Assembly (NCBI GenBank): GCA_016180725.1
Contig: JACPAR010000005.1
Span: 22,654-86,653 of the forward strand
Reading direction: 5' to 3'
Length of the DNA: 64,000 nucleotides
Source: Candidatus Levyibacteriota bacterium
Lineage (GTDB): Bacteria > Patescibacteriota > Microgenomatia > Levybacterales > UBA12049
The notes below the pieces were generated by a model. It was not told where the DNA came from and ran no database searches. It saw only the letters and a program-made list of their open reading frames with translations. Position 1 is the stretch's first letter. The number at the start of each line of letters is the position of its first letter. Positions 51,264 through 60,441 of the stretch are shown in pieces. Made by a program: the position numbers and the translations under genes.

Positions 51264-53147
51264 TTATTTAATTAGTTGTTTCACCTTTTTTACAATACTT
51301 GCGGCATTAATACCAGCATCGGCAAGAAGTTCATCTTTAAGACCTGAACGAGAGATGTGGTCAACTGCCATTTTTTCAACTATTGCGCCGTTTTTTGATA
51401 AAGCAGATAAAACAAAATCCCCTAAGCCTCCATGCTCAAAATGATCCTCAACGGTAATAATGACGTTCTTTTTTGTTTCCGATATGCATTTTATAAGAGT
51501 CTTTTGATCGATAGGTTTAATTGAATAGCAATCAACAACCCGTATCATGATTCCTTTTTCTTTGAGGATATCGTACGCTTTTAATGCTTCGTGAACAGTA
51601 ATTCCTGCCGCAACTACGGTAAGTAAATCAATTTTAGATTTTTTAAGAATTTTTGATCCACCTATAGAAAACGATTCGTCCATATCGTAAAGAACAGGTG
51701 TTTTTGGCCGCAGTGTTCGAAGGTACGATATTCCAACATGCAATACAAGTTGTGGAATAAGTTTTGCAGTCGACACAGCATCCGAAGGATGAAGCACGAT
51801 TGAGTCAGGAAGCGTACCGAACATGGCAATATCTTCTAGTCCCATTTGTGATGGCCCGTCTTCACCAATAGAAACGCCGGCATGTGAACCGACAAATTTA
51901 ATATTAGCTCTTGAAATGGAAGACATTCTTATTTGATCAAAAGCTCTTGTTAGAAAGGCAGCAAATGTTGCAGCGAATGGAATCTTTCCCTGTGTAGACA
52001 AGCCAACCGCTATCCCAACCATATTCTGTTCTGCAATAAAACATTGTATAAATTGATCCGGTAGCTCTTTTTTAAATTTATTCACACCGGTAGAATTGGA
52101 AACATCGGCGTCAAGCGAATAAACACTTTTATTTAATTTTCCAATTGCTGCTAATACATCTCCAAAAGCTTCCCTGGTAGAAACTTCGCTACCTATGTTA
52201 TATGAATTTTTATCTTCAAAAGCTAGTGTTTTTAAATTTCTCTTAGAGTTTATTTTCTTTTGAGGTTTTCTAAGATTAAAAAGTATGGGGCTTTTCTCTA
52301 TTTTTTCATCTACAGGAAGTTCGCTTAAAGCTTTTTCTAACTCTTCTTTACTTAAAGGTTTACCATGTAAATCTTCTCTACCCTCTAAAAACGAAACTCC
52401 TTTGCCCTTAACTGTATTAGCAATTATCATAACCGGTTTTTCTGTTTTATTATTAATAGCATCCTTAAAAGCATCATCAATTTGATAAAAATCATGTCCG
52501 TCAATAACTAGAGTCTTAAAACCTATTGAAGAAAAAATGTTTTGATATTTTTTAACATCATGACCAAACATTGTTTTACCTCTTAGCTCCAATCCATTAA
52601 CGTCTAGAATTGCAATAAGATTATTAAGATTGTAATAAGAAGCAAAGCTAGCAGCTTCGTAAATTTGTCCCTCTTCACATTCCCCATCTCCCAAAAGCAC
52701 ATATACCTTTGGCATATTTGCTATTTGAAATTTGCTATTTGAAATTTGTGCTTTCAGCGCATATGCCATTCCTGCTCCAATCGATAGTCCTTGCCCTAAA
52801 GAACCTGTTGCTGCATCTGCATAAGGAAAATTGGGCGTAGGATGGCCTTCGAGTCTGCTTCCATATTTGCGTAGATTTAATAGTTCCTTTAATGGAAAAG
52901 CGCCGGTTAATGCAAAAAGTGTGTATAGCAAAGGCGCAGCATGACCTTTGGAAAAAATCAATTTATCATTATTGGGATTTTTAGGATATTTAATGTCATA
53001 ATTAAAATACTTTTCAAACAGAATTGTTGTTATCTCTACTGGAGACAAGCAAGAAGTGGGATGTCCGGATCCTACCTCGGTTGTTGATATTAAAGACCAT
53101 TTTCTTATAAGTGCTGCCTTATTCTTTAATTCTTCTATGTTTAGCAT
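51264..53147 (-). CDS. tkt: Transketolase (single chain)
   Basis: SGHP, SKGHA, GSLGQG, GDGE..EG, IAEQN, GEDGPSQ. Confidence 0.94.
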   Translation of the reverse strand: MLNIEELKNKAALIRKWSLISTTEVGSGHPTSCLSPVEITTILFEKYFNYDIKYPKNPNNDKLIFSKGHAAPLLYTLFALTGAFPLKELLNLRKYGSRLEGHPTPNFPYADAATGSLGQGLSIGAGMAYALKAQISNSKFQIANMPKVYVLLGDGECEEGQIYEAASFASYYNLNNLIAILDVNGLELRGKTMFGHDVKKYQNIFSSIGFKTLVIDGHDFYQIDDAFKDAINNKTEKPVMIIANTVKGKGVSFLEGREDLHGKPLSKEELEKALSELPVDEKIEKSPILFNLRKPQKKINSKRNLKTLAFEDKNSYNIGSEVSTREAFGDVLAAIGKLNKSVYSLDADVSNSTGVNKFKKELPDQFIQCFIAEQNMVGIAVGLSTQGKIPFAATFAAFLTRAFDQIRMSSISRANIKFVGSHAGVSIGEDGPSQMGLEDIAMFGTLPDSIVLHPSDAVSTAKLIPQLVLHVGISYLRTLRPKTPVLYDMDESFSIGGSKILKKSKIDLLTVVAAGITVHEALKAYDILKEKGIMIRVVDCYSIKPIDQKTLIKCISETKKNVIITVEDHFEHGGLGDFVLSALSKNGAIVEKMAVDHISRSGLKDELLADAGINAASIVKKVKQLIK

Positions 53148-53179
53148 TTCAAAAATAATATATTTGTTATAATTCATTT

Positions 53180-53947
53180 ATGGATTATTTTCAAGCGGCA
53201 ATTTTAAGCATTGTTGAAGGAATAACCGAATTTCTCCCAATTTCCTCTACAGGCCATTTAGTTTTAGCCTCAAAACTTTTAAACCTCCCGCAAACAGATT
53301 TTGTAAAAAGCTTTGAAATAATCATTCAGCTTGGCGCAATCTTAGCAGTTATTGTTTTATATTGGAAAATTATTATTAATAAGAATGTTTGGAAAATAGT
53401 TTTCGCTGCTTTTTTACCAACTGCAATCATTGGATTTACTCTATACAAACTGGTAAAAAATATTTTATTAGGAAACTCTCAGATAACACTTCTGGCACTT
53501 TTTATAGGTGGAGTTATACTTATATTTTTAGAATTAATCTATAAAGAAAAAGAGCACCATGTAGATAAAATTGAAAATATAAGCTTAAAGAATGCATTCT
53601 TAATTGGGCTTTTTCAATCAATTTCAATTATTCCCGGCGTTTCCCGTGCTGCTGCGACTATTATAGGAGCATTGTTTATGGGGACAAAACGCAAAACTTC
53701 TGTTGAGTTTTCTTTTCTGCTTGCAATTCCAACTATGCTTGCCGCAACTGGGCTAGATTTAATCAAGAATAATTTTTCTTTTTCAACTTCTGAACTTTCT
53801 TTACTTTTAGTTGGATTTATCGGGTCTTTTGTTGTTGCCATTTTGGCTGTTAAGTTTTTTTTAAAAGTTATTCAAACCCATACGTTTATTCCTTTTGGTA
53901 TTTATAGAATTGCTTTAGCGCTTCTCTTTTGGCTAACCATAAAATAA
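53180..53947 (+). CDS. uppP: Undecaprenyl-diphosphate phosphatase
   Basis: EGITEFLPISSTGH, PGVSR, EFSFLLAIP. Confidence 0.96.
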   Translation: MDYFQAAILSIVEGITEFLPISSTGHLVLASKLLNLPQTDFVKSFEIIIQLGAILAVIVLYWKIIINKNVWKIVFAAFLPTAIIGFTLYKLVKNILLGNSQITLLALFIGGVILIFLELIYKEKEHHVDKIENISLKNAFLIGLFQSISIIPGVSRAAATIIGALFMGTKRKTSVEFSFLLAIPTMLAATGLDLIKNNFSFSTSELSLLLVGFIGSFVVAILAVKFFLKVIQTHTFIPFGIYRIALALLFWLTIK

Positions 53948-54240
53948 TGAATACATTTCAAAAAATCTATACTGTTGTCTCAAAAATTCCTAAGGGAAAA
54001 ATAATGACTTATGGACAAGTTGCAAAAATTGCAAAAACAACGCCTCGTGTTGTTGGCTTTGCTCTGCGGGCAAATAAAGATCCGCAACATATTCCTTGCC
54101 ATAGAGTAGTAAGCAGCAAAGGTGAACTCACCGGCTACGCGTTTGGAGGAATAAAAAGAAAAAAAGAAATTTTGGAAAAAGAAGGCGTACAATTTATCAA
54201 CAATCAAACAGTTAATCTTAAAGAAAGCCTTTTAATTTAA
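53947..54240 (+). CDS. O6-alkylguanine alkyltransferase (MGMT C-terminal domain only)
   Basis: IPKGKIMTYGQVA, RVVG, PCHRVV with catalytic Cys. Confidence 0.9.
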   Translation: MNTFQKIYTVVSKIPKGKIMTYGQVAKIAKTTPRVVGFALRANKDPQHIPCHRVVSSKGELTGYAFGGIKRKKEILEKEGVQFINNQTVNLKESLLI

Positions 54241-54490
54241 CTTTTTTCCAGAGATTTCCACAAATATCTACAGGCTACTGCGCGGTAAGGTTTCCAGCTA
54301 ATGGAAATTTCTTCTATTTTCTTTTTATCTTTCCTGTCAACGCCGTATAGCTTTGATACAGCAGCACAAAGTCCTAAGTCACCAATTGAATTTTTGAACA
54401 ATTTTTTAAATCGAGTAAATATTGTATCCCCAGCTTTTTTATAACCGGATCTCTACTTAAATATTTTATTGCTTCTTTAGCTATTTCCAT
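54237..54490 (-). pseudogene. alkA: Remnant of an AlkA-type 3-methyladenine glycosylase (HhH-GPD)
   Basis: MEIAKEAIKYLSRDPVIKK, frameshift, AGDTIFTRFKKLF, then GDLGL...WKPYRAVACRYLW; HhH core absent. Confidence 0.7.
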
Positions 54491-54606
54491 ACCCTATTAT
54501 AAACTATAACACTTTTTGGCTCTGGTTTTGGCTTTTGAACATTTAAAAAACGCTCCTTTTAATTTCCGGTCTTTAATTTCTAATATCTAATGAAGAAGAG
54601 TATGTG

Positions 54607-55254
54607 CTACATGCTTGCGTTTGGATCACCAAGAAGAACCTGATATTTTCTATTTATCCATAGATATGGCGCTGCATCCTTTTGAGCCGATGTTGCTCTT
54701 GTAGAAATCATATAAGAGAAATTACGAACCATAGACTCTTGTGATTTTCTATAAGCATCTTTGGCTGTATTACCTTTAAGAAAAGACATGGGGATTAGAT
54801 TTGAAGGAGAAATAAATAATTTAGCGATATTATCTTGCAATGGATGAGCTATGCTTGAATCTGAATAACAAATTGTATATTTCTTTTTATACCCAATAAA
54901 AGCGAGTGTATTATTATTTATACATAACTGTCCTAAATTTTCTGCAGCATCACAGCTTCTTGCATAGACAATCTTCTTTTTAAGTAATTTTTCATTTTTA
55001 TTAGCTACCACTAATGGTTCGTTGTTATAGCCTGTTATAACATCTTGGTTTCCGTGTCCATTGAAAAATACTAAAATAGGCTCATTTTTAACCATATAGC
55101 TTGTAAATATTTTTTCATTGGCTCTTTTGCCTAATAAATCCAATACTTTTATATTTTTCCTCTTCGCAAGATTTATTACATATTCACTCCATTGAAATAA
55201 ATATGTAGTTATAAGATCGTGGTCGGGTCGTGTAATAAGAATTGCTTTACTCAT
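54607..55254 (-). CDS. Putative clan CD (caspase/gingipain/CHAT-like) cysteine protease, stand-alone
   Basis: LVFFNGHG (His67), IVYARSC (Cys101), AFIGY, terminal LLGDP. Confidence 0.65.
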   Translation of the reverse strand: MSKAILITRPDHDLITTYLFQWSEYVINLAKRKNIKVLDLLGKRANEKIFTSYMVKNEPILVFFNGHGNQDVITGYNNEPLVVANKNEKLLKKKIVYARSCDAAENLGQLCINNNTLAFIGYKKKYTICYSDSSIAHPLQDNIAKLFISPSNLIPMSFLKGNTAKDAYRKSQESMVRNFSYMISTRATSAQKDAAPYLWINRKYQVLLGDPNASM

Positions 55255-55508
55255 GAGGAAGATTGATAAATTGCTCCTGATGCCATATCTCTAAGATATT
55301 CCATTTGTATTTCCATTATTTCTTTACCAACCTCATTTCCTGCTTTTACATTTTCTATCATTTCCGTTTTTGTATATTCTGTTGATCCAATCGCAATTCT
55401 CAAATCATCAGAGGCAGCCATAATTCGCGCTAAGACAAGTTTTTTAATATCTTCTTGTATTTTGGGATTTGAATTTTTCTCCATTTGTCTATTTTTATTT
55501 TTACTCAT
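55251..55508 (-). CDS. Hypothetical protein (85 aa)
   Basis: ATGA-coupled to both neighbours; ..GKEIMEIQMEYL. Confidence 0.75.
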   Translation of the reverse strand: MSKNKNRQMEKNSNPKIQEDIKKLVLARIMAASDDLRIAIGSTEYTKTEMIENVKAGNEVGKEIMEIQMEYLRDMASGAIYQSSS

Positions 55509-55690
55509 TTTAGAATTCCTAATTCAACTAATTTTTCTAGAATTTCTTTTCCTTTATTGGTGTTATTTTCAATTTCAATTTTTGCTGCATTCCAGGTTAG
55601 CGGTTCATCATCTACTACTACAACAATTTCCGTTCTTTGCCCAAGAGGTAAATTAGCATATATTTGTAGAAATTTAGTTTGAAGATTCAT
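55505..55690 (-). CDS. Hypothetical protein (61 aa)
   Basis: First gene of the cassette; FLQIYANLP..EI..DDEPLTW..GKEILEKL. Confidence 0.72.
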   Translation of the reverse strand: MNLQTKFLQIYANLPLGQRTEIVVVVDDEPLTWNAAKIEIENNTNKGKEILEKLVELGILK

Positions 55691-55900
55691 AGCTTACGGC
55701 TGCTTTCTAACTGAATTATATGTAAGAGATATATAAAATACAATAGGTATTCAGTAAGAATAAAGCAAGCGGAGATTCTTAAGTCATCCCGACATTTCAA
55801 TCTCAATCTCTATTAAACAACCTAAGATATTTTAAGGTATTCTTAAGTCTTCAAGGAAAATATAAACCTTTTAGAATTAAAGGCCAAGAGTGCAATTATA

Positions 55901-56650
55901 TTAAAAATTATCAATCTTTCCATCCCAACTTTTAATTTCTTTTATATCGGTTGGGGTTAACTTGAACCATTCTCCATTAGTATTTTTATCCTTAAGCTTT
56001 TCATGTAAATATTTTTCTATAATTCTTGGATAATGCGTTTTTATACAATGAACAGGTTTTAATTTTTCAGGAGACAAGGTAGCAAGCTGTATACCTCTTT
56101 GGATAGGATTCTCGCTAATTCCAATTTTATATTCAGAACGGCTTCCATTCTTGTAAATATAAACATAACCTAAATCTTTTTTTTCTTCTTTTCGAGAACT
56201 AGTAGTTTCCAATACTGAATTACATATTTTTATAACATCTTCATAGTTTTTTTTCGTATCTATATATTCTAGAATGCTTTCTGCTATTCCTCTTACCAAT
56301 CCAAATTTTTTATAAAAAGTTGCCGATGCTGGAAAACTTGGATCACCATAATGTTTAACATCTAATTCTCCACGAGTTGGCCAACTTTTATCTTTTCTGA
56401 TCATTTTTATAAATTCTTTAAGTAAAAACTCTTTATTATATTTAGTTTTATCGAATTTGTTAGGAGTTAATTTTGCTTTTCTTACAAGATAACCATATGA
56501 AGGAAAACCGAGCTTTTGGAGAGGATATAACTTCATACCACTTTCTTGGTAAAAAACCTTTTCACTAGGAGTTGAACCTAATTTCGTAGCAAGTTTTTGA
56601 ATATAATTAATTGCCTCCTTCTGGGATTTTAAAAGATAAGTCTTCATCAT
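55901..56650 (-). CDS. GIY-YIG (T5orf172/MUG113-type) nuclease with N-terminal homing-endonuclease-associated repeats
   Basis: GYVYI, YKIGIS..P..R, EKYLH, GEWF; two helical repeats; SD AAGGAG before ATG 56650. Confidence 0.8.
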   Translation of the reverse strand: MMKTYLLKSQKEAINYIQKLATKLGSTPSEKVFYQESGMKLYPLQKLGFPSYGYLVRKAKLTPNKFDKTKYNKEFLLKEFIKMIRKDKSWPTRGELDVKHYGDPSFPASATFYKKFGLVRGIAESILEYIDTKKNYEDVIKICNSVLETTSSRKEEKKDLGYVYIYKNGSRSEYKIGISENPIQRGIQLATLSPEKLKPVHCIKTHYPRIIEKYLHEKLKDKNTNGEWFKLTPTDIKEIKSWDGKIDNF

Positions 56651-56828
56651 AATCTCCTTCTTTATCACATTCATAACATAATTTTAAACATTTGTCAATA
56701 AAACTTCTAGTAGTCTAATAATTATATTTATTGGGGGGGGGAAATAAATAATTTCAAGGGAATTTTATTAATGTCGTACAATGGTTGTGTTTACGAAGGA
56801 GATTTAAGGACTTAGGAAACGAGGGGTT

Positions 56829-57365
56829 TTAGTTTTTGAAATCTTCACGAAGTAAGGGGAGATAAATATTTGGAAATCGAAGACCGGCGGCAGGATGAAA
56901 AGTTAAAAAATATTTCTTATTATCTTTTTTTATTATTTTCCCATGCTCTTTTGTAATTGGAATTTTTTCCTGAAGCACTCCCTGTGCGGCCACACTACCT
57001 AAAAGAACAATAATTTTTGGATTGATGACTAATAGCTGTTTCATGAGATGGATACGACCATGTGCGATGTCAGAGCTTGAAGGAGTACCGCGGTCGGGTA
57101 AATATTTTACAGGACTTGTGATGTACACGTCTTCTTCTTTAAGTCCGCTGTCTTGAATGAGTGAGCGAAGAAGTTTGCCTGATCGTCCAACAAAGGGCCT
57201 TCCCGTTTTTGCTTCTTCTCTCCCTGGGGCCTCACCTATAAAGGCAATATCTGCGTCCGGATTACCTTCGCCCACAACTGCCTTCCCACTCTTTCCTTCT
57301 TTACACACTTCACACTTCTCGATTTCTTTAGCTATAATTTTAAGAACAGATTTTTTGTCGATCAC
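56829..57365 (-). CDS. Uracil-DNA glycosylase family 4
   Basis: [23 protein letters not shown]. Confidence 0.92.
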   Translation of the reverse strand: MIDKKSVLKIIAKEIEKCEVCKEGKSGKAVVGEGNPDADIAFIGEAPGREEAKTGRPFVGRSGKLLRSLIQDSGLKEEDVYITSPVKYLPDRGTPSSSDIAHGRIHLMKQLLVINPKIIVLLGSVAAQGVLQEKIPITKEHGKIIKKDNKKYFLTFHPAAGLRFPNIYLPLLREDFKN

Positions 57366-57391
57366 GTTTTAAAGAGGATTATAACAGTATT

Positions 57392-57727
57392 TTATTCTTT
57401 TTTCTCTTTTGCTTCTCTTATGTCTTTATGCAGTTCTTTTTTTAACTCCTCTGCTGATTTTTTAATTTTTTCTTCGATGTTTTCTATCTTTTCATTGAGT
57501 AGCTCCCAGATTTTATCGTGTTGATCGGAATGAAGATGCTGCAGAAACACTAGCTTATCTTCTTCTGAAAGCTCAGAAAGAATTGTGTCCGTAATCACAT
57601 GATGTAATTGTGATTCCGCAAGAGATACAAGCTCCACTCGCTCATCTTGCGATAAATTCATATCGCCTAATTCAAGCGAAATAACCGATGTTTCAACAAG
57701 ATGGCTGTAAAAATGCTTTCTTTTCAT
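57392..57727 (-). CDS. Hypothetical helical protein
   Basis: Clean ORF in the operon; LHHVITDTILSEL. Confidence 0.7.
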   Translation of the reverse strand: MKRKHFYSHLVETSVISLELGDMNLSQDERVELVSLAESQLHHVITDTILSELSEEDKLVFLQHLHSDQHDKIWELLNEKIENIEEKIKKSAEELKKELHKDIREAKEKKE

Positions 57728-57730
57728 ATT

Positions 57731-58618
57731 TTATTTCATGCTAATTGGACCCAGCGGGACTTTATCTTCCGGATCATCAATAAAAAAGTATAACACAGCG
57801 CCTTTTATTGATCCATCAAAACGCTCTAAATAATGCATAATTTCCGGTGACCCTCCCAAGTGCTTACCAGTCCAAACTGCAGGTCCGGCGTCGCCAATAA
57901 CTGCAATAATCGCTTTTCCGTTATCGGGATTTACGACAATCATTTTCCTATATTTAAAAAAATCTCTATATTCGGCAAACCTTTTATTAAAGTCTACTGA
58001 AAGAAATGTTTGAACAGCTATATAATATTTTTCCCTAAGCCTATCTTTCTCTGTCATCTCCATGGATGATTGCGTAAAATATCCCCAAGCTCCAAGTCCT
58101 GGAGCCATACCTGACGAATAATATAATTTTGATTCTTCCTCCGAATCAAAATGAGCAGAGATATTATCACCAGGAAAACGCGCTAAATGCTGTTCTGCGC
58201 CAATTAATCCATAACTTCTATTAAGCCTTTTTCCATCAATCTCTGCCTTAACTTTTACCCCAAAGCTTCTGGTTAATATTTCTGTAATAGTTTGCTCTTC
58301 CTTCGAAGTTAAAGATCTTAATTCGAAAGGCAATAATTTAACTAAGTCTGTAATTAAAAAAATATTTTTATCCAATTCTTTTGCAGATGCTTGATTAGCA
58401 ACCAATAAAGAGGGAACTGATGGAAGCTTGTATGCCGTAGGAGAGGTAAGAAGCAAAAATCCGCTTAACGACCCCACTGCCAATTGCCTAGCATTACTAA
58501 AAGCTTCTTCAAGAGAACTTCTATGTTTGCTCCAAAGATTTTCCTGTAAATTCTTTTGACGAACAGTCCATTTACTTTTTAGATGTTCAAACTGTGGCTT
58601 TTTGTTTTGAGATGGCAC
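57731..58618 (-). CDS. Hypothetical protein with a C-terminal double-psi-barrel-like (RlpA/MltA-like) segment
   Basis: IVVNPDNGKAIIAVIGDAGP...LGGSPE. Confidence 0.55.
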   Translation of the reverse strand: MPSQNKKPQFEHLKSKWTVRQKNLQENLWSKHRSSLEEAFSNARQLAVGSLSGFLLLTSPTAYKLPSVPSLLVANQASAKELDKNIFLITDLVKLLPFELRSLTSKEEQTITEILTRSFGVKVKAEIDGKRLNRSYGLIGAEQHLARFPGDNISAHFDSEEESKLYYSSGMAPGLGAWGYFTQSSMEMTEKDRLREKYYIAVQTFLSVDFNKRFAEYRDFFKYRKMIVVNPDNGKAIIAVIGDAGPAVWTGKHLGGSPEIMHYLERFDGSIKGAVLYFFIDDPEDKVPLGPISMK

Positions 58619-58723
58619 TCTTTAAGAGTAGTATATTTTTATTTACGCTGTCAAACTTTCCGTTTTTACAATCACTTCCTCTTCTCCTTTAATGTCCATA
58701 TAGTATAATTAAAAACAAACTAT

Positions 58724-60439
58724 ATGAGGCTTGTGTTATTTTTGTCCTCGTTGCTTATTTCTATAATTCTTGGAGAGCTCTTCCTGCGAGTCTTAAATCA
58801 ACCTCCAGAGTTAAGTAGAAAATATAAGGTTAATTATGCTTCATGGATGTTACAGTATGGAAAACTAAATTCCAGCGGATACCGCGACTCAGAACACACT
58901 TTAGAAAAGCCTAAAGACACTTTTAGAATTTACTTTTTAGGAGATTCCTTTACTTACGGACTATTGTTAAATAACCCAAATGATACTCTCCCTAAAAAAA
59001 TTGAAAAATATTTAAGCAACAAATTAACTAAAAAAGTAGAAACCATAAATGCTGCTTTCCCGGGTTTTAACATTAATGACGAGGTAAATAGATTTTTATG
59101 GGAAGGAAAATATTACCATCCAGATTTGGTTGTTTTGGGATTAAATTATGACGAAGCCAATATAAGTAATGTAGGGTTAGAAAATATAGAAGCAAATGTT
59201 CCCCTTTGGATAAAAAGGTCAAGATGGTATCAAATTTTGATAGGAGGATACCTTAGAAATATTGCAGAAACAAATTACAGAAAATATATTCTTTCCATTT
59301 ATGAAGATAAAAATTCAAAAGACTGGAAAAAATTTTCTCAAAAAGTTTTATTGTTAAAAAACGAAGCCGAAAAAATAAATGCTTCGCTTGCTCTTGTTAT
59401 TTTTCCTCAAATATATCCTAAAAAACCAAATCAATCATATAGCTTCTATGCGTATAATAAACGTTTTCGTGAGTTTGGGAGGAAAAACAATATCATTATA
59501 ATTGATTCTTTAGAAAAGACGCTTGCGTATAAAAATAAACAAGATCTGGTTTTTAGTCCCATGGATTCTCACCCGACACCGGAAATGAATAGATTAGCTG
59601 CCGAAAGTTTTTTGGAGCAATTTAATATTCAGGAGTATATAAATAAGCAAATTCCATTTCAGCCGGATGCAAAAACTTTTTCTCTTACTACTACTAACAA
59701 TAACTTGGGAAATTATATTCTTATTAAGAATATTTATTCAAATAATTATTTCCCTTGGTTATATTTTGAGGAAAAAAATATTGATCATCAAGAATTTCCT
59801 ACAAAAAATTTGTCTTCGCAATATAGGTTTCCCGATAAAATAATTACAGGAAAAAACAACGGTAATGGAATAGAATTAATATATCATGTTTATCCACAAA
59901 AACCAGGCATTATTATTCTTCCTCAAAAAATATATGGACTCACCATCACAGGAATAAACAGGATTATACCTGTTTCAGACATAGACAATGGACCATTATA
60001 TGCGGATATTATCTCAATTATTAAAAAAAATAATAATATAATTATAAATTATAAAAATGAGAATTTTTACCGCGCATTTAGATTTAATCTAAGTATTAAT
60101 GCGCATGAGCTTAATATTAAAACTGATGGAAAAATCGATAATATAACAAAAAATATTTTGCTGGAAAAAGTTAATCCAAAAATAAGCAATCAGATTATTT
60201 TTCCTATTACCGATAAAATAACACTTACTCCAAATTATCAAGAATCAACCAGTAAAAATTACCCATATGCATTCATAGATGGCGTTCTTACAGAAATCAA
60301 GAAAATAAAGCAAGATAAAAAAACCGTAAGTTTAATTTTTGAAAAAGATATTAAAGAAGGACAAAAAATAAGCTTTTATTATTTCGGTAATTCTCCGCTT
60401 GATGATAACGATCACTTAACTATTGCGTATGAACAATAG
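58724..60439 (+). CDS. SGNH/GDSL hydrolase-family membrane-anchored protein
   Basis: LGDSFTYG, INAAFPG, DSHP. Confidence 0.85.
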   Translation: MRLVLFLSSLLISIILGELFLRVLNQPPELSRKYKVNYASWMLQYGKLNSSGYRDSEHTLEKPKDTFRIYFLGDSFTYGLLLNNPNDTLPKKIEKYLSNKLTKKVETINAAFPGFNINDEVNRFLWEGKYYHPDLVVLGLNYDEANISNVGLENIEANVPLWIKRSRWYQILIGGYLRNIAETNYRKYILSIYEDKNSKDWKKFSQKVLLLKNEAEKINASLALVIFPQIYPKKPNQSYSFYAYNKRFREFGRKNNIIIIDSLEKTLAYKNKQDLVFSPMDSHPTPEMNRLAAESFLEQFNIQEYINKQIPFQPDAKTFSLTTTNNNLGNYILIKNIYSNNYFPWLYFEEKNIDHQEFPTKNLSSQYRFPDKIITGKNNGNGIELIYHVYPQKPGIIILPQKIYGLTITGINRIIPVSDIDNGPLYADIISIIKKNNNIIINYKNENFYRAFRFNLSINAHELNIKTDGKIDNITKNILLEKVNPKISNQIIFPITDKITLTPNYQESTSKNYPYAFIDGVLTEIKKIKQDKKTVSLIFEKDIKEGQKISFYYFGNSPLDDNDHLTIAYEQ

Positions 60440-60441
60440 GC

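Noticed and set aside
56733-56741. G9 tract as a phase-variation switch
   Set aside because: Lies upstream of the putative -35, outside the CDS and the promoter spacer; no evidence of variation
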